Shown here one piece after another: positions 1-13,800 of a stretch of 64,000 bases of DNA; the stretch's first letter is position 1, and every line of letters begins with the position of its first letter. This DNA comes from Vezdaea acicularis (lineage: Eukaryota): the NCBI GenBank assembly GCA_026025075.1, contig JAPEUI010000047.1, forward strand, positions 1 to 64,000, written 5' to 3'. The position numbers and the translations under genes are program-made. The notes beneath the pieces were generated by a model. The model saw nothing but the letters and a program-made list of their open reading frames with translations, had not been told where the DNA came from and made no database searches.

Positions 1-260
1 CGGAGGGGGCGTCGGCGATGTAATGTACGAAGTTTTGGTTGTGCGTATACGTGAGCTTCTGCGGGCTATCATGTTTTATCTTCGGGAGAATCAAGGATGC
101 AAGGCTTGAAGTGCCTGAGGAAGGTGAAGAAGTATGCTCGGTCAATATTGTTGTATGGTAGGCGATGCAGGAGCTGGTCAGAGATGGTTAGTCGGACTAT
201 GGATCAGGAGGGGATGATGACGAACTATAGGAGGGGAGTTTCCGATGATGAGGATGCCAT
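1..260 (-). CDS. VAMP7/Nyv1-like longin-domain R-SNARE, 5' part (runs off window start); exons 260-226, 173-<1
   Basis: Not in the ORF track. Splicing a GTTCGT...CTAAC...CAG intron (225-174) gives MASSSSETPLLYSCIAYHTTILTEHTSS...SLILPKIKHDSPQKLTYTHNQNFVHYIADAPS, typical of fungal VAMP7-like longin N-termini. Confidence 0.8.
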
Positions 261-1647
261 CTTGATGGCGATTCAAGCAGGGTCCCCAGGTCAAAGAAGT
301 TTTGCAGATTGAGCGCGCAATTCTTAGAAGTTGTAGATGAGAAGCTTGGTTTACTATTCAATGATCATGACTGGCAGCCGTATGCAGGCGCGGTAGAAGA
401 AAGCCGGCAGCCTTGACCAATGGAAGAATTGATTGGGATTCAGCGAATAGGAGGGTCAGCTGATCTTCCAGTTTTGCGTCGTGTTTTTTTGGTTGGTCTC
501 AATTTCGCGAGGTGCACGGCTTTTCCCCAGAGCTGACGCCATCTCATTGGTCTAAGCGACTCGCTTGATGGTCGAGCGGTATCAGATTTGGAGATTTGAA
601 TCAAGAAACCTGGTGCATATTTACAAGTTGGGGCATTGTCTGACGGAGGAGCGGCTGACGAATATCACAGTTGTAGGTCTTATGTTGTTGGATAAGTTCG
701 TGTGGTATATGAATGCATCACTTGAAGTGACAACCCTAATCTTCAGATTCCTCCTCGGAATTCCCGCTTTTGCGGGCTGTTACCACGAAATATACCAAAA
801 AGGCGATGCCCGATTCTCATATCGAATAGGTGTACTAATTATGGACTAATTTGATATCAAAAAAGCCCCAAAAAGCATAAGTATGTACCCACCGAGATTC
901 TTAAGCTCACATCATGAGTTAGGGTCTAAAATTTAATTTTTGGTTGCGCATCACCCTGGCTTCAAGCGCTCGTGCAAGCTTCTCCAGATTCGACAATGCT
1001 CGCGTGTCACCAGACAATCCCACAACTTCCCCACACCCCAACAAATCTCTAGCCTACCCTTGCGTCTCAAACCCTAAGATAACGACGATCTGTATACATA
1101 GAACTTCTAGTAGATTATATATATGGGCCTAACGTTCCCGTAAGCCTCCACAGTTAATCTTATAAGTGCGGATTGTGCTAATGCCGCAACTTCCCGCGCA
1201 GCTTACGATCCCCACGCCTCCTCACGCTCTACGTGCTCAGTTACGGAGCCGGTTATTACACTGCGAGATACAGGGCGTCCGTGCTGAAGCGGCTGGATGG
1301 GGATAATGGGGTAATTTATCATGTCACGACGAGTAGATCTGGTGGATTGAGGAATCCGGAATGCCGAGTAGCAATGAAAGCTGACGATTGGATGTAGGTG
1401 GAGGAATCTAAGCTGGACGACTGCTTCGACGACTTATGAACAGACACTTGGGCTGGCGGCTAATAGCGTTGGGGATTGGATTTGCGGTTATCTGAGATGT
1501 TTATTTGATGTCTGGTAGGAGCACTTGGTGGGCGGGTTTCTCGAACTGGATTGCGGCTGGCGTCTTTGAGGTTTCCATAAGCATACGATACAAGGCACGA
1601 ACGAACATCGCTTGGTGCCACCGGGCATGTGCTAGAACCATTATTTG

Positions 1648-2805
1648 CTAAGGTAGATTTTGAGCTAGGACTGGGTAGCCAATCGCGCCCAGGAACTTGT
1701 TCGCCGGCTCCCAAACCAGTCCATTTGGAGAATCGCAGCACGCAAAACTCACGTAAGATCGGTTGCAGGGGCACGCCCAACTTGTTGAATACGTATACTT
1801 AACCATTTTTGAATTGTGATGTTCGAGACGCGCCCTTCTCCGGTGTTCCCTTTCCTGGTGTTCCTCAAGGTATGTGTCCCTCGCTCTACTGCTGCTCCGA
1901 TTCTCGGACTGCTGCTCTGAGAGTTCCGTTCGGCCCTTGTTGACTAGCGTCGATCCCTGAGAATCTTTGCGATTGGTGTTTGCTTGGTTTTCGGCGCCAT
2001 TCTGCTTGATTCCGTCGAGTATGACGGACACTGATGCTTTGCGATCGAGGTTCAGATCGTCTTGGCTATCACTGTGTTCTCCGTAGTAGTCCCAAGGCTT
2101 CTTGTTTGGCTCATAGTCATAACCGATATTGCCGTATCTCTCGTCTTGCTCATCATAAACCCCTAAGGGGTCGCGCTGATTACCGATGTTCGGTCTGCAT
2201 CGCCCAAGCCAATGGCCACGGTCGATGAAAGCTCGACAGGAGCAATGAGCTTGACCTATCACATTGCAGAGTTGCTGTTCGTTGTCACAGGGGAGGTCAC
2301 ATATCGAGTGTGAGCGGACCCACACGGTGGCCAAGACAATCGGTTCATCATCGGCTTTTGTAAACCATAAGCTACGGCCATCTGGAATTATCTGGTAAGA
2401 GGCTTGACCATCCGGCCCTGGACAAGAGCAGAATCTCTCGCAGAAATTTTCCACGCGGCGGTCACGGAGGGTTTCCGGTACAGAAGAGCGGTCAAACCGA
2501 GGGATATCTACAGGGTCGTCGAAGAGGCAGTAGCCTCCCATGTTCCCTGACTCATGCCCCCCTAAGCTGCAGAGGTCCGATGCTGATGTGAAGTTCTCGG
2601 CGGACCAATATCCATTGCCGTAGATTCCCGTGGGTAGATCGTCTCTGTGACACCAAAGCCCTATTCTCCTCTCTACCCGCAACGGCTTTGTCACCTCAGG
2701 GAAGCGAGGGACACGGTAGTTTCGCCTGGCTGCAACAACGAATGAGAGACCTAAAAAAACATATGCACTAGTGACGGAAATAATGAGGGAAAACAGAGGC
2801 TGCAT
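1648..2805 (-). CDS. Putative secreted cysteine-rich protein of unknown function (385 aa)
   Basis: Long intronless ORF, hydrophobic N-terminal signal-like segment, clusters of Cys (DLCS..GN..GYC; FCERFCSC; CPCNRSYVSFACC); shares motif with the 35176-36135 ORF. Confidence 0.7.
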   Translation of the reverse strand: MQPLFSLIISVTSAYVFLGLSFVVAARRNYRVPRFPEVTKPLRVERRIGLWCHRDDLPTGIYGNGYWSAENFTSASDLCSLGGHESGNMGGYCLFDDPVDIPRFDRSSVPETLRDRRVENFCERFCSCPGPDGQASYQIIPDGRSLWFTKADDEPIVLATVWVRSHSICDLPCDNEQQLCNVIGQAHCSCRAFIDRGHWLGRCRPNIGNQRDPLGVYDEQDERYGNIGYDYEPNKKPWDYYGEHSDSQDDLNLDRKASVSVILDGIKQNGAENQANTNRKDSQGSTLVNKGRTELSEQQSENRSSSRARDTYLEEHQEREHRRRARLEHHNSKMVKYTYSTSWACPCNRSYVSFACCDSPNGLVWEPANKFLGAIGYPVLAQNLP

Positions 2806-3776
2806 CTCAACATAGATAAATCTACCTCACATAGAAGTCGGCTCCTGGTGGACCGGAATCAGGAGAGATCTGGGAATTGATAGATCTGGCTTCAATGAGA
2901 CTGAAAGGTGGAGCAAAGTCTTTGTAGCCTACTAGTCCCTAGCACTACAAACTCCTGAAGCGGCTATGCGACATAGCTGAGACATACACCTATCTAAACG
3001 AGGGTTTGGTGTCAGTAAATAACGCAAGTAGTCCTCGACGATCTGACGAGAACTTTAAATCTACTATGAAGTGGATGCCTATTTTTAAAACAATGGGGAT
3101 TTCCAGGCGATTTGGACAAGTGGCCATTCACGTTGAAAGTACAGCGGGCGTGACAGCATGACGAGATGTGTCGGTCGAATCCTCCATGAGCGTTGTGAGA
3201 TCTGAGTAAGACGAGAGGCGCCCCCATTATACCACAGAATTGAGCGTAAATTCAATCAATTCGTCCAGTCATCTAGTCTGAGGCCTCTCGAGATGCACAT
3301 GGCGGAGAGTTCGTGGACTTCGAGGGCGCCGGGACAGGCCTTCCTCTAACTATGCTTATTTAGGTTTAATCAATCGGTTAAGATCGGCAAGCGGAGCAGA
3401 AGCGATTGGCCTCTGGCCGATTTTTGCGGAACGCCGCGATGTAAACAAAGCACGTGGGAAACGCAAGCCCTCGGGGCTTGCATACATGCATACACCTCTT
3501 CGATCTATCGACTAGGATATGCCTCTAACCTCGTACAAGTAGGCACACCCACGATAAGAGCTCGTTAGCTGTAATTTGAGCACCTGATGACCTGCAATAT
3601 CCTGTTTATCATGAGCCTTATCGCACGACTTGAAATTCGCCCAGAGGTCTGCACCAGGCCATCTTGGCCGGTTCGAGATCAGCAGGTGCTCTAGGCCTCC
3701 TGCTCTTGCCGTGGGCAACGTCCTATCTTGTAGAGGGGGAGAGGCGCAGCGCATGCGTCGGCGTCATTCTTTAAGC

Positions 3777-6700
3777 ATGTTGTCATCCTTACTTCGAGGC
3801 AGGAAGCCCAGGAAGCGCGTTGACCGCTCACCTTTTTCTTCCCCATCTACTGCTGTCCAGTCATCACCAATCGCTGCGAAAGCCGTCCGGATTCAACGTA
3901 GACGAAGAGCTTCTGCAGAATACATGGAGGGCGAAATTGAGCAGGAAGAGGAGGAGGAGGAGCTTGACGAGTCTGATATAGCGGATGAAGAAGATGAAAA
4001 TGGCGAGGACGAAGACGAGGATGGCTTAGCAAATGTAACACCACTATTGCCTATATTTTCTGCGGCTCACTTAGGTACGGGGTCTTCCCGGCTTCCTTTC
4101 TTTCTTTAAGGTAGTTAAACAGTCTTACTGACCTTACCTCTGAGTCATAGACTCATTGCCTGTCTATAATATCACCCATGCCATTCGTATATTAGTAGTA
4201 CAACGATGCGAAACGTCCTTATCATGGGCTCAGCTTCGCTCACCACAGGTCTCACAATTCCTCGTCAAACCCATACAGCGACAGATTCACACAGCGCATT
4301 TCTCCAAAGCAACTATATATGCTCTTATGGCCAATTGTTTGCAGTTCGGCAAAGAGTCATATGTTAATGAAGGAAACAGCGGCACCAGCAAGACAAGAGC
4401 ACTGGTCTGTGAGCTGTTGGCTATCAAACTGCTAAAAGAGTTTTCAACAAGAGAGCTCATCGATGCCCTCTCATACGACTTCGATCCTCTGCAAGGGCAA
4501 AGTCCAAGTCTTACTGTGACAGGGAACGTCGGGTCAAATTGGGACCTTCCAAAACTAGCTCGTGGCCAGCCTAGAGTAACTCGGATATCAACGCTTGAAG
4601 TTGCCATCAGGGCCCAAGCGAAACGTTTCCTCGCTCAAATTCTGGTTGTACGTCATCTAGAAGCCATATGGGCGGGCAAAATCGTATTCCACTCCGCAGC
4701 AGATAGTCTCCACCGCCTGCAGCCAAGCATTGTTCCGAACCAGAACCGTGGTTACGGTACTATCTCTGGCCACCCAATCTTGAAAGCATCTACAAGTATG
4801 CTCCAACCCGCGAAGCAAAGAGAGCATCATGAGCCAATACCTGTCTGGACTCGACGATCAGTCACCCTCTACAATCCAAGAGACGCATCGCTGCTGAAAT
4901 TATCACGACTACGAGTACCACGTTATCGCCAAATTCTTTCGACGTGTTCTCTAGCTCTACTGTTAGCTTTGTATGTTGCTGTCCTGGCGCAAAGAAGCTT
5001 GAACATTACAGCTTTGGAAGTTGTATTCTGGGTCTGGAGTGCGGGGTTTATGTTAGACGAGATCGTCGGGTTCAATGAACAGGGTTTCAGCCTCTATCTC
5101 ATGAGCTTCTGGAACACTTTTGACCTTGGAATCCTTCTCATTTTCATGATTTTCTACGGAATGCGTATATTCGGTGTCTTCATACATGATTCAAGACGCA
5201 GGCAGGAAGTTTCTGGTCAAGCTTACGACATTTTGGCTGCAAATGCAATTCTTCTCTTTCCGAGATTGTTCTCGGTATTGGATCATTACCGATATTTCTC
5301 ACAGCTCTTAATCGCATTTCGTCTTATGGTGATGGATCTCCTTGCAGTGATGTTACTGATAGTTATTGGCTCTAGCGGATTTTTCGTTGCGTTCACCCTT
5401 GCGTTTGGTAATGATGGGTACGACCCACTCAAAATCGCATATGCCCTATTTCAGATGGTCATGGGCTTCACACCAGCTGCTTGGACACTTTGGGGCGAGT
5501 ATGACGTTCTGGGAAGAACCATATTGACGATATTCTTGTTCATGTGCCAATTTTTGATTGTCACGATCCTCATATCGGTTCTCACAAATTCCTTTACGGC
5601 CATTGTTGCGAACGCAAATGAGGAGCATCAATTTCTGTTCGCGGTGAACACGATATCGATGGTCAAATCAGACGCCCTTTTCTCATACGTTGCACCGACT
5701 AACATCCTCGCGTGGCTTCTGACCCCACTTCGGTCTGTTTTTCCTTTCCGTCAATACGTCAAGATAAATCGGACCGTCATCAAAATCACCCATTTCCCTA
5801 TTCTTTTTGCTATCTATCTGTACGAAAGAATCTTCCTCCGAAGGGCCTCATTCGAGCCGACCGATCTCATCGACGGCGAGACTATGAACCGCGGACGGAC
5901 TTCGGGGCATCTAGCCGGACCTATAAATAGGGCAGTCAGCATTTTTAGCCCTACCACTAAACTCCGGCAAGGCTCCGTTGCAAGCGGACACAAGGATCGC
6001 GTACTCGAAGCTGTTTTTCGGCGGCCATTCAGGAACGGAGTCAGGGGCCCCACCCGTAATAGCAACGCTGTTGACAGCTGGATGCAAGGAATGGGCTCGG
6101 ATGGGAGAGCAAGTCCACCTATGGAACAAGATCATGTAGTGGTTGACCGTCTTGAGGCACGGAGGCCAACAATCCGAAGGTCGCAGATCTTGCGACGGAG
6201 ACAAGGCAGTCGCCAAAGAGATTTCACAAACCGTTCTATTGCTTCAGACCCAGAGGAGTTCACATCGAACGGCGACAATCAAAAACAAAGGTTCGGCAAT
6301 ATTGGTAGCAACGTGGCCGAAATGAGCATAGACGAGATGATCATGAAAACGGATGGTGAGGCAGATGGAGATGACGAGCTTGCTATCCACGATGATAAAG
6401 ACGACTTTCCTTTGAGCTCAGGACTTATGAAAGAACATAGTCTCACGCAAGAACCTGAGAACTACTTCGAGCAGAAACCCACGAATAAGTCGCCTATGTT
6501 GCTACCGGGCCCCTCCCTCTTAGCATCATCCCTCAAGCGGCGACAGGCTAAAGCATATTCTCGCCTCCCAATACCTCCCGAAGATGTTGGCAGGCGGCAC
6601 TCTCGTAACATTTCCGACATCACTGTCCTCCATATGCCCATTAACAACGAAGAAACATCTTCCAGCTCCCCACACAAGCGAGCCTTCCCAGTCAAGAAGA

Positions 6701-7290
6701 AAACGCCTATATCAAGTGCTGGCGGTTCTCCCAGAAAGTTCCAAAAGCGGAGTCCGCCTCGGTCTACACCTGTAGGCGCTCCAGGTGCTCGCCCTATTTA
6801 CCCAAACCGCACAACGTTCCAGTCGGCGCCTTACATCAAGCCCTTCTCGCCAAACGGCCGTCAAAGGAAACACCGCAATTCCTCGCTAGCGATGGATCTA
6901 AACTCGGACATCAGCGAGTACCTCACGATGCAGAATAATACTGTGGGCGGCATGCCATCAAGTTTCGCAACACAGATGGCGCTGGCAACGGGAGCACTGG
7001 GAATGACGGCTGGAGGGGAAGACGATACACGCATGATGAGTAGGCTTGTCCTCGCTAGAATGAAGACACTGGAAGAAAGTTTTGCCGAGGTTTTGAGCGA
7101 GATAAAGAGGATCAGAATAGGGGAGAGGGGCTACACAGAAAACGAGGTGGTTGGAAAGGAAGAGACGAGGGTGCCTAAGACGAGGGAGATGACCAAGCGA
7201 GAGAAGCGCGCAACGAGCCATGAGAGGATCGAAACTCTGAGGACTGAGGTGAATAAGAGCATGGATTCTCCAAAGGGGAGCTCCATTTGA
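3777..7290 (+). CDS. TRP/Yvc1-like ion transport domain protein (non-selective cation channel); exons 3777-4074, 4151-7290
   Basis: Intron GTACGG...CTGAC...TAG joins FSAAHL-D-SLPVYN; conserved SWAQLRSPQVSQFL, LRVPRYR, ~6 TM segments with SFWNTFD and ILISVLTNSF..IVANANEEHQFLF; long low-complexity C-terminus. Start ATG uncertain (3777 vs 3753). Confidence 0.8.
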
Positions 7291-7774
7291 GAAGGAAGAG
7301 ATTGCTTGTAAGAGTACGATTGTAACACCATAACTGTAACACTATGACTGTAACGACAGGCGGAGACATTGCACAACATTGGAAGAGTATTCTAGTAGCT
7401 AGAGAACAAACGGTGTTGCCTTAGGTAGGGCTGTATACATTACAGGGGAAGGCGAAATATGATCAAGGCGGAGTGTTAGAACGTAAAGGCAATTCTTCTT
7501 GCCAAGCGAATGAATATTTATCCTTGCATTTCATTAATTGTAACAAGCACGGCTATCTTGACAGCATTCCCTGAGCTCGGTCTTCCTTCAAGTTTACCAT
7601 CTACCTCGCGATTTAAGCTCTTCAATAAGACCCCTGTCTTATGGCCCACAATTTCGCCTTGGCGCGTCTTGATGGTGGGGCTGAACACACTTCACCGCCT
7701 TCGACACTCGGCACTAGGCCGTGTTAGGCTCACGTAACTTTTAAGTTTAAAACATTTTGCTGCAACGCAAATTC

Positions 7775-7863
7775 GTAAGTTCCTACTTCCATTTTTTCAG
7801 CAATTCTTTAGTCTCTCACATTCATTCTTGAGGTGATGCTTGACCTTTTCCTTGTCATATCAG
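7775..7863 (+). promoter_or_regulatory. Probable 5'-UTR intron of URA2/pyrABCN
   Basis: GTAAGT at 7775, pyrimidine-rich body, branch-like GCTTGAC and CAG at 7861-7863, 17 nt before the ATG. Confidence 0.55.
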
Positions 7864-7880
7864 CTCGTTGAATTGGCACC

Positions 7881-10800
7881 ATGCCGTCTCCCGCGGGGCC
7901 GAAGCGGCTGACCTCGATTCTGCCAGCTGCAGGCAGTGTAGGTCAGATCAACAACGATGAAAGTATTTCTCCGGCTGTATTTGGCTTCCTCGCCCAGGAA
8001 AAAAGGCAGAGACAGCAGCCACCCGTTCTAGCTACCGAATTGGACCAGAGACATGAGCTCATGTGCCTTGAGCTCCAAGATGGCGCAAGGTACCAGGGCT
8101 ACAGCTTTGGAGCGGCCAAGAGCATTGCGGGCGAATTGGTCTTTCAGACCGGCATGGTCGGGTACCCTGAGTCAATCACCGACCCATCTTACCGCGGCCA
8201 AATCCTGGTTATGACATTTCCATTGATTGGAAACTACGGCGTGCCATCACGGGAAACGGCCGATGAGCTTTTAGGAGATCTACCAGCGTATTTTGAGTCT
8301 TCTGAGATACATATCGCCGGTCTGGTCACTGCGTCATATGCAGGCGAGGACTTCTCCCACTTTCTAGCGGAGTCATCTCTTGGGACATGGCTGAAGGAAC
8401 AAGGCGTGCCTGCAATGTACGGCGTGGATACTAGAGCATTGACGAAGAGAATCCGAGAAGAAGGGAGCATGCTCGGTAGGCTTCTCTTGCAGGACCACAA
8501 GCACCAAAATGACAAAGCGGATGCTGATAGCGATGCTACACCTACCCAAGCAAGCACTAATCACTGGACGCCCTCTTATGAACATGTAGATTGGGTCGAT
8601 CCAAACCAGACTAACCTCGCAGCTGAAGGTATGGGCTAGAAGCTTATCTACTTTCTGAAAGAATCCACTAACATGATGTAGTATCCATCAAGGAGCCTAA
8701 ACTGTATTCCCCTCCCAAAACGAACATCCTCCGACACACTTCTGGGAGAGCGGTACGAGTCCTCTGCCTTGATGTTGGCTTGAAATATAACCAACTAAGA
8801 TGCCTCTTATCAAGAGGAGTCGAAGTACTAGTTGTCCCTTGGGACTACGATTTCCCAAGACTTGCTGGTAAGGACTATGATGGCCTCTTCATCTCGAATG
8901 GCCCAGGCGACCCTGGAATGTTGGAAACGACCGTTGAGCACATTGCAACGACGCTCAAACAAGATCGAACCCCAATATTTGGTATATGTCTTGGACACCA
9001 GCTCTTGGCTAGAGCAGCTGGCGCCAAGACAATCAAGATGAAGTTTGGAAATCGTGGACATAACATTCCTTGCACTAATCTCTTATCCGGGAGATGTTAC
9101 ATAACTTCCCAGAACCATGGCTATGCTGTTGAGGCTATGACTCTGCCGAAAGAGTGGACAGAACTTTTCGTGAACGCCAACGATGGCAGTAACGAGGGCA
9201 TACGCCATGTCAGTCGGCCATACTTCAGTGTACAATTCCACCCTGAGAGCACGCCAGGCCCGCGGGATACAGAATTCCTTTTCGATGTCTTCATTGAAAC
9301 AATTACCAAAAGTCTAAAATCCGCGGAAACCCTCCTCCAGCCAGTGAGATTACCGGGAGGAGAGGTTGACGCCAACGAGAGACTACACCCTAGGGTTGAA
9401 GTTAAAAAGGTACTTGTATTAGGTAGTGGCGGCCTAAGTATAGGCCAGGCGGGCGAATTCGACTATTCTGGAAGCCAGGCCATCAAAGCCTTGAAGGGGG
9501 AGGGAATCTATACTATCCTTATCAACCCCAATATTGCGACTATACAGACCTCAAAGGGCCTAGCGGACAAAGTCTACTTCTTACCAGTAACAGCTGATTT
9601 TGTAAGGAAGGTCATTAAACACGAACGTCCAGATGCCATCTATGTCACATTCGGAGGACAAACAGCACTACAAGTGGGCATCCAACTAAAAGATGAGTTT
9701 GAGGGAATGGGCGTCAAAGTCCTTGGGACACCGATCGATACTATAATCACAACCGAAGACCGAGAATTATTTGCACGCAGTATGGAGTCAATTGGAGAGA
9801 AGTGTGCAAAATCCGCGTCAGCAAGCTCAGTCGAGGAAGCTATGAGAGTTGTTAAGGACATAGGCTTTCCCGTCATTGTTAGAGCGGCATATGCTTTAGG
9901 TGGCCTGGGAAGTGGCTTCGCTGATGACGAACAGCAACTTAGAGATCTCTGCGAGAAAGCATTGGCTGCAAGCCCTCAGGTTCTGATAGAAAGGAGTATG
10001 AAAGGGTGGAAGGAAATCGAGTATGAAGTTGTCCGCGACGCACGAGATAATTGCATTACCGTCTGCAACATGGAGAACTTCGATCCTCTTGGAATTCACA
10101 CCGGCGACTCCATTGTAGTTGCTCCCTCGCAGACGCTATCGGACGAGGACTACAATATGCTTCGGACCACAGCAGTCAATGTAATTAGACACCTTGGAGT
10201 CATCGGCGAATGTAATATTCAGTATGCCTTGAACCCCTTTTCGAGGCAATATTGCATCATCGAGGTCAACGCTAGACTTTCTAGGTCCTCAGCGCTGGCT
10301 TCAAAGGCCACGGGGTACCCCCTAGCTTTTGTTGCTGCTAAACTAGGGTTGGGAATTGCTCTTAATGAGATTTCTAACTCCGTTACAAAGGTCACTTGCG
10401 CGTGTTTTGAACCGTCACTTGACTACGTTGTGGTCAAGATTCCCCGATGGGACCTCAAGAAGTTCACACGTGTCTCCACACAACTGAACTCATCCATGAA
10501 GAGCGTAGGGGAGGTCATGAGTATTGGACGAACCTTTGAAGAAGCAATACAGAAGGCCATTAGAGCCATCGACTTCCATAATCTAGGATTTGGCGAAACG
10601 GAAGCACTTATGTCGATTGATGCCGAACTTCAGACTCCCTCAGACCAACGCTTGTTTGCCATTGCTAATGCAATGGGGGTTGGTTACACGGTAGACAAAA
10701 TCTGGGAGCTAACCAAGATTGACAAGTGGTTTTTGAAGAAGTTGAAAGGCTTAAATGACTTCGGAAAGAGGATGCAGACATATAATGCGTCAACTGTTCC

Positions 10801-13800
10801 GATCAGTTTGGTCAGAAGAGCAAAGGAGCTAGGGTTTTGTGACAGGCAATTAGCAAACTTCTGGAGTTCTAACGAACTCGCCGTCCGGCGCATGCGAGTC
10901 GAAGCTGGAATCACACCTTTTGTCAAGCAGATTGATACTGTTGCAGCAGAGTTTCCAGCTGTTACAAATTATCTTTACTTGACATACAACGGCTCAGAAC
11001 ATGATATTGAGTTTACGGATCACGGCATCATGGTTCTTGGATCTGGCGTTTATCGCATCGGATCTTCAGTAGAGTTTGACTGGTGCTCCGTTAGGGCAAT
11101 ACGTACCCTTCGAGAGCAAGGCTTCCGGACAGTCATGGTAAACTACAACCCGGAGACCGTGAGCACGGACTACGATGAGGCGGACAAGCTCTATTTCGAG
11201 AACATCAATCTTGAAACAGTCCTTGACATTTACCACCTTGAATCATCAAGTGGTGTTATAATCTCGATGGGTGGACAGACCCCTAATAATATTGCCCTAC
11301 CTCTCCATCGGCTTAACGTAAAAGTCTTGGGCACTTCTCCAGAAATGATTGACACAGCTGAGAACCGGTATAAATTCTCCCGCATGTTGGACCGTATCGT
11401 AGTAGATCAACCGGCCTGGAAAGAATTGACGAGTATTGAAGAGGCCAAGGAGTTCTGCAACAAAGTCACATATCCTGTTTTAGTACGACCGTCATATGTT
11501 CTCTCGGGTGCAGCAATGAACACAGTATACTCTGAACATGATCTAGCCAGCTACCTTGAACAAGCTGCGGAAGTCTCTCATGATAAGCCGGTAGTCATCA
11601 CAAAGTATATCGAAAATGCCAAAGAGATCGAGATGGATGCTGTCGCAAGAGACGGAACCATGGTTGGTCACTTTGTGTCGGAACATGTTGAAAACGCTGG
11701 TGTACATTCTGGAGATGCAACTTTAATTCTGCCTCCTCAAGATCTCGACCCAGAGACTGTGCAGAGAATCGAAGAAGCCACTAGAAAGATTGGAAATGCT
11801 CTGAATGTTACAGGACCCTTTAATATTCAGTTCATCGCCAAAGACAACGAGATTAAGGTCATAGAATGTAACGTCCGAGCGTCTAGGTCTTTCCCATTTG
11901 TATCAAAGGTTATGGGTGTCGATCTCATTGAATTGGCTACCAAAGCAATCGTTGGCGTACCACTTCAGGAGTATCCGCTCACCGATATACCTACCGATTA
12001 TGTCGGAGTTAAGGTTCCTCAATTTAGTTTTTCAAGGCTGTCCGGTGCTGACCCCGTGCTTGGAGTCGAAATGGCCTCCACAGGTGAAGTTGCTTGCTTC
12101 GGCCGCGACAAATATGAAGCTTATATCAAAGCCCTCATTTCGACAGGCTTTAGACTTCCGAATAAGAATATTCTACTGTCTATTGGATCTTTCAAAGAGA
12201 AGATGGAAATACTCCCTTCCGTCCTCAAGCTGCACCAAATGGGCTATAATCTCTTTGCCACTGCTGGCACGGCAGACTTCTTGAAGGAGCATGGTATGCC
12301 GGTTCAATATCTCGAGATTCTTGGGCTTGAGGAGGAAAATCAAAAGCAAGAATACTCCTTGACTCAACACTTGGCGAATAATTTGATTGATCTATATATT
12401 AATCTGCCTTCGGCCAATCAGTTCAGGCGGCCGGCCAACTATATGAGCAAGGGGTACCGGACACGTCGTATGGCCGTGGACTATCAAACTCCTTTAGTGA
12501 CGAACGTGAAGAACGCCAAGATTCTTATTGAAGCGATCGCGAGGCATTATGACTTGGAGATTAGTAACGTGGACTACCAGACTAGCCACAGAACGGTGTT
12601 TCTCCCCGGACTTATCAATGTTGCGGCTTTCGTTCCTAGCATTACTGCTAGAGGGAACTCAGAATTTCAGCTAGTCACCAAGGCGTCAATTGCCGCTGGC
12701 TTTGGGATGATTCGGTTGATGCCACTTGGCCTTGATGGCTCTATAACGGATGCCTGTGCTCTGAAGAACGCACAGCATAATGCCAGACGCGGCGCTTATT
12801 GCGACTACAATTTCTCGGTCGCTGCTACCTCGTCCAATTCGGAACAAATCAGTCATGTTGCTGCAGAAGTCGGCTCCCTGTTTATTCCATTCAACCATTT
12901 GTCTGGAAATATTAGCAAGGTCGCGGCCGTGAGTGAACATTTCGCGGCGTGGCCTTCTCATAAGTCAATTGTTACGGACGCGAAGACTACAGACCTAGCA
13001 TCGATCCTGCTTCTCGCAAGCCTTCATTGTCGAAAAGTTCACGTCACAAGTGTGACAAGCAAAGACGATATCAACCTTATTACACTGAGTAAAGAGAAAG
13101 GCCTACAAGTCACCTGCGACGTAGCCGTGTTCGCCTTGTTTTTGACTCAGGAGGATTACCCACATTGCGCGTTTCTTCCAAGCCCTAGTGATCAGAAAGC
13201 ACTGTGGGCGCAGATGAAGAGTATTGATGTCTTTTCCATTGGGAGCTTGCCCTACCAGATTGCTTACGCGTCTAAGCAGGAGGCCACGGCTCTGGTTGGA
13301 ATAAATGACGTTATCCCTCTCCTTTTCACTGCCGTCGCAGATGGTCGATTGACCATAGATGACATCAAGGCACGCCTTCACGATAATCCGAAGGAGATTT
13401 TCCAACTCCATGAACAATCTGGTACTTCCGTCGAGGTTGAGATCGATCGACCGTATGTCCTTCAAGCTGGACCCATCTGGTCTCCGTTCGTCGGTAGGAC
13501 AATGCGTGGTGCTGTCCAGCGGGTTATATTCCAGGATCAAACTGCATGTCTTGATGGCGAGGTAGCCTTAGGAAGTTCGCAAGGGAAAGATATGTCGGGT
13601 CATACTCTACCACCGACACCAGCATCACCCACCGTGAGGTCAGTGGGATCTCCAGCGCTACAGCCTCGAATGGATACTTTCAGAAAGCTTTCTATCGGCA
13701 AGTCCGGCTCTATTCACCGACCTGGCACTCGCTCCAAAATTACCGACAGTCAAGTGCTGTCACCGCTACCAGCTGCTCCTGCCACTGCCCACGATCTTGG

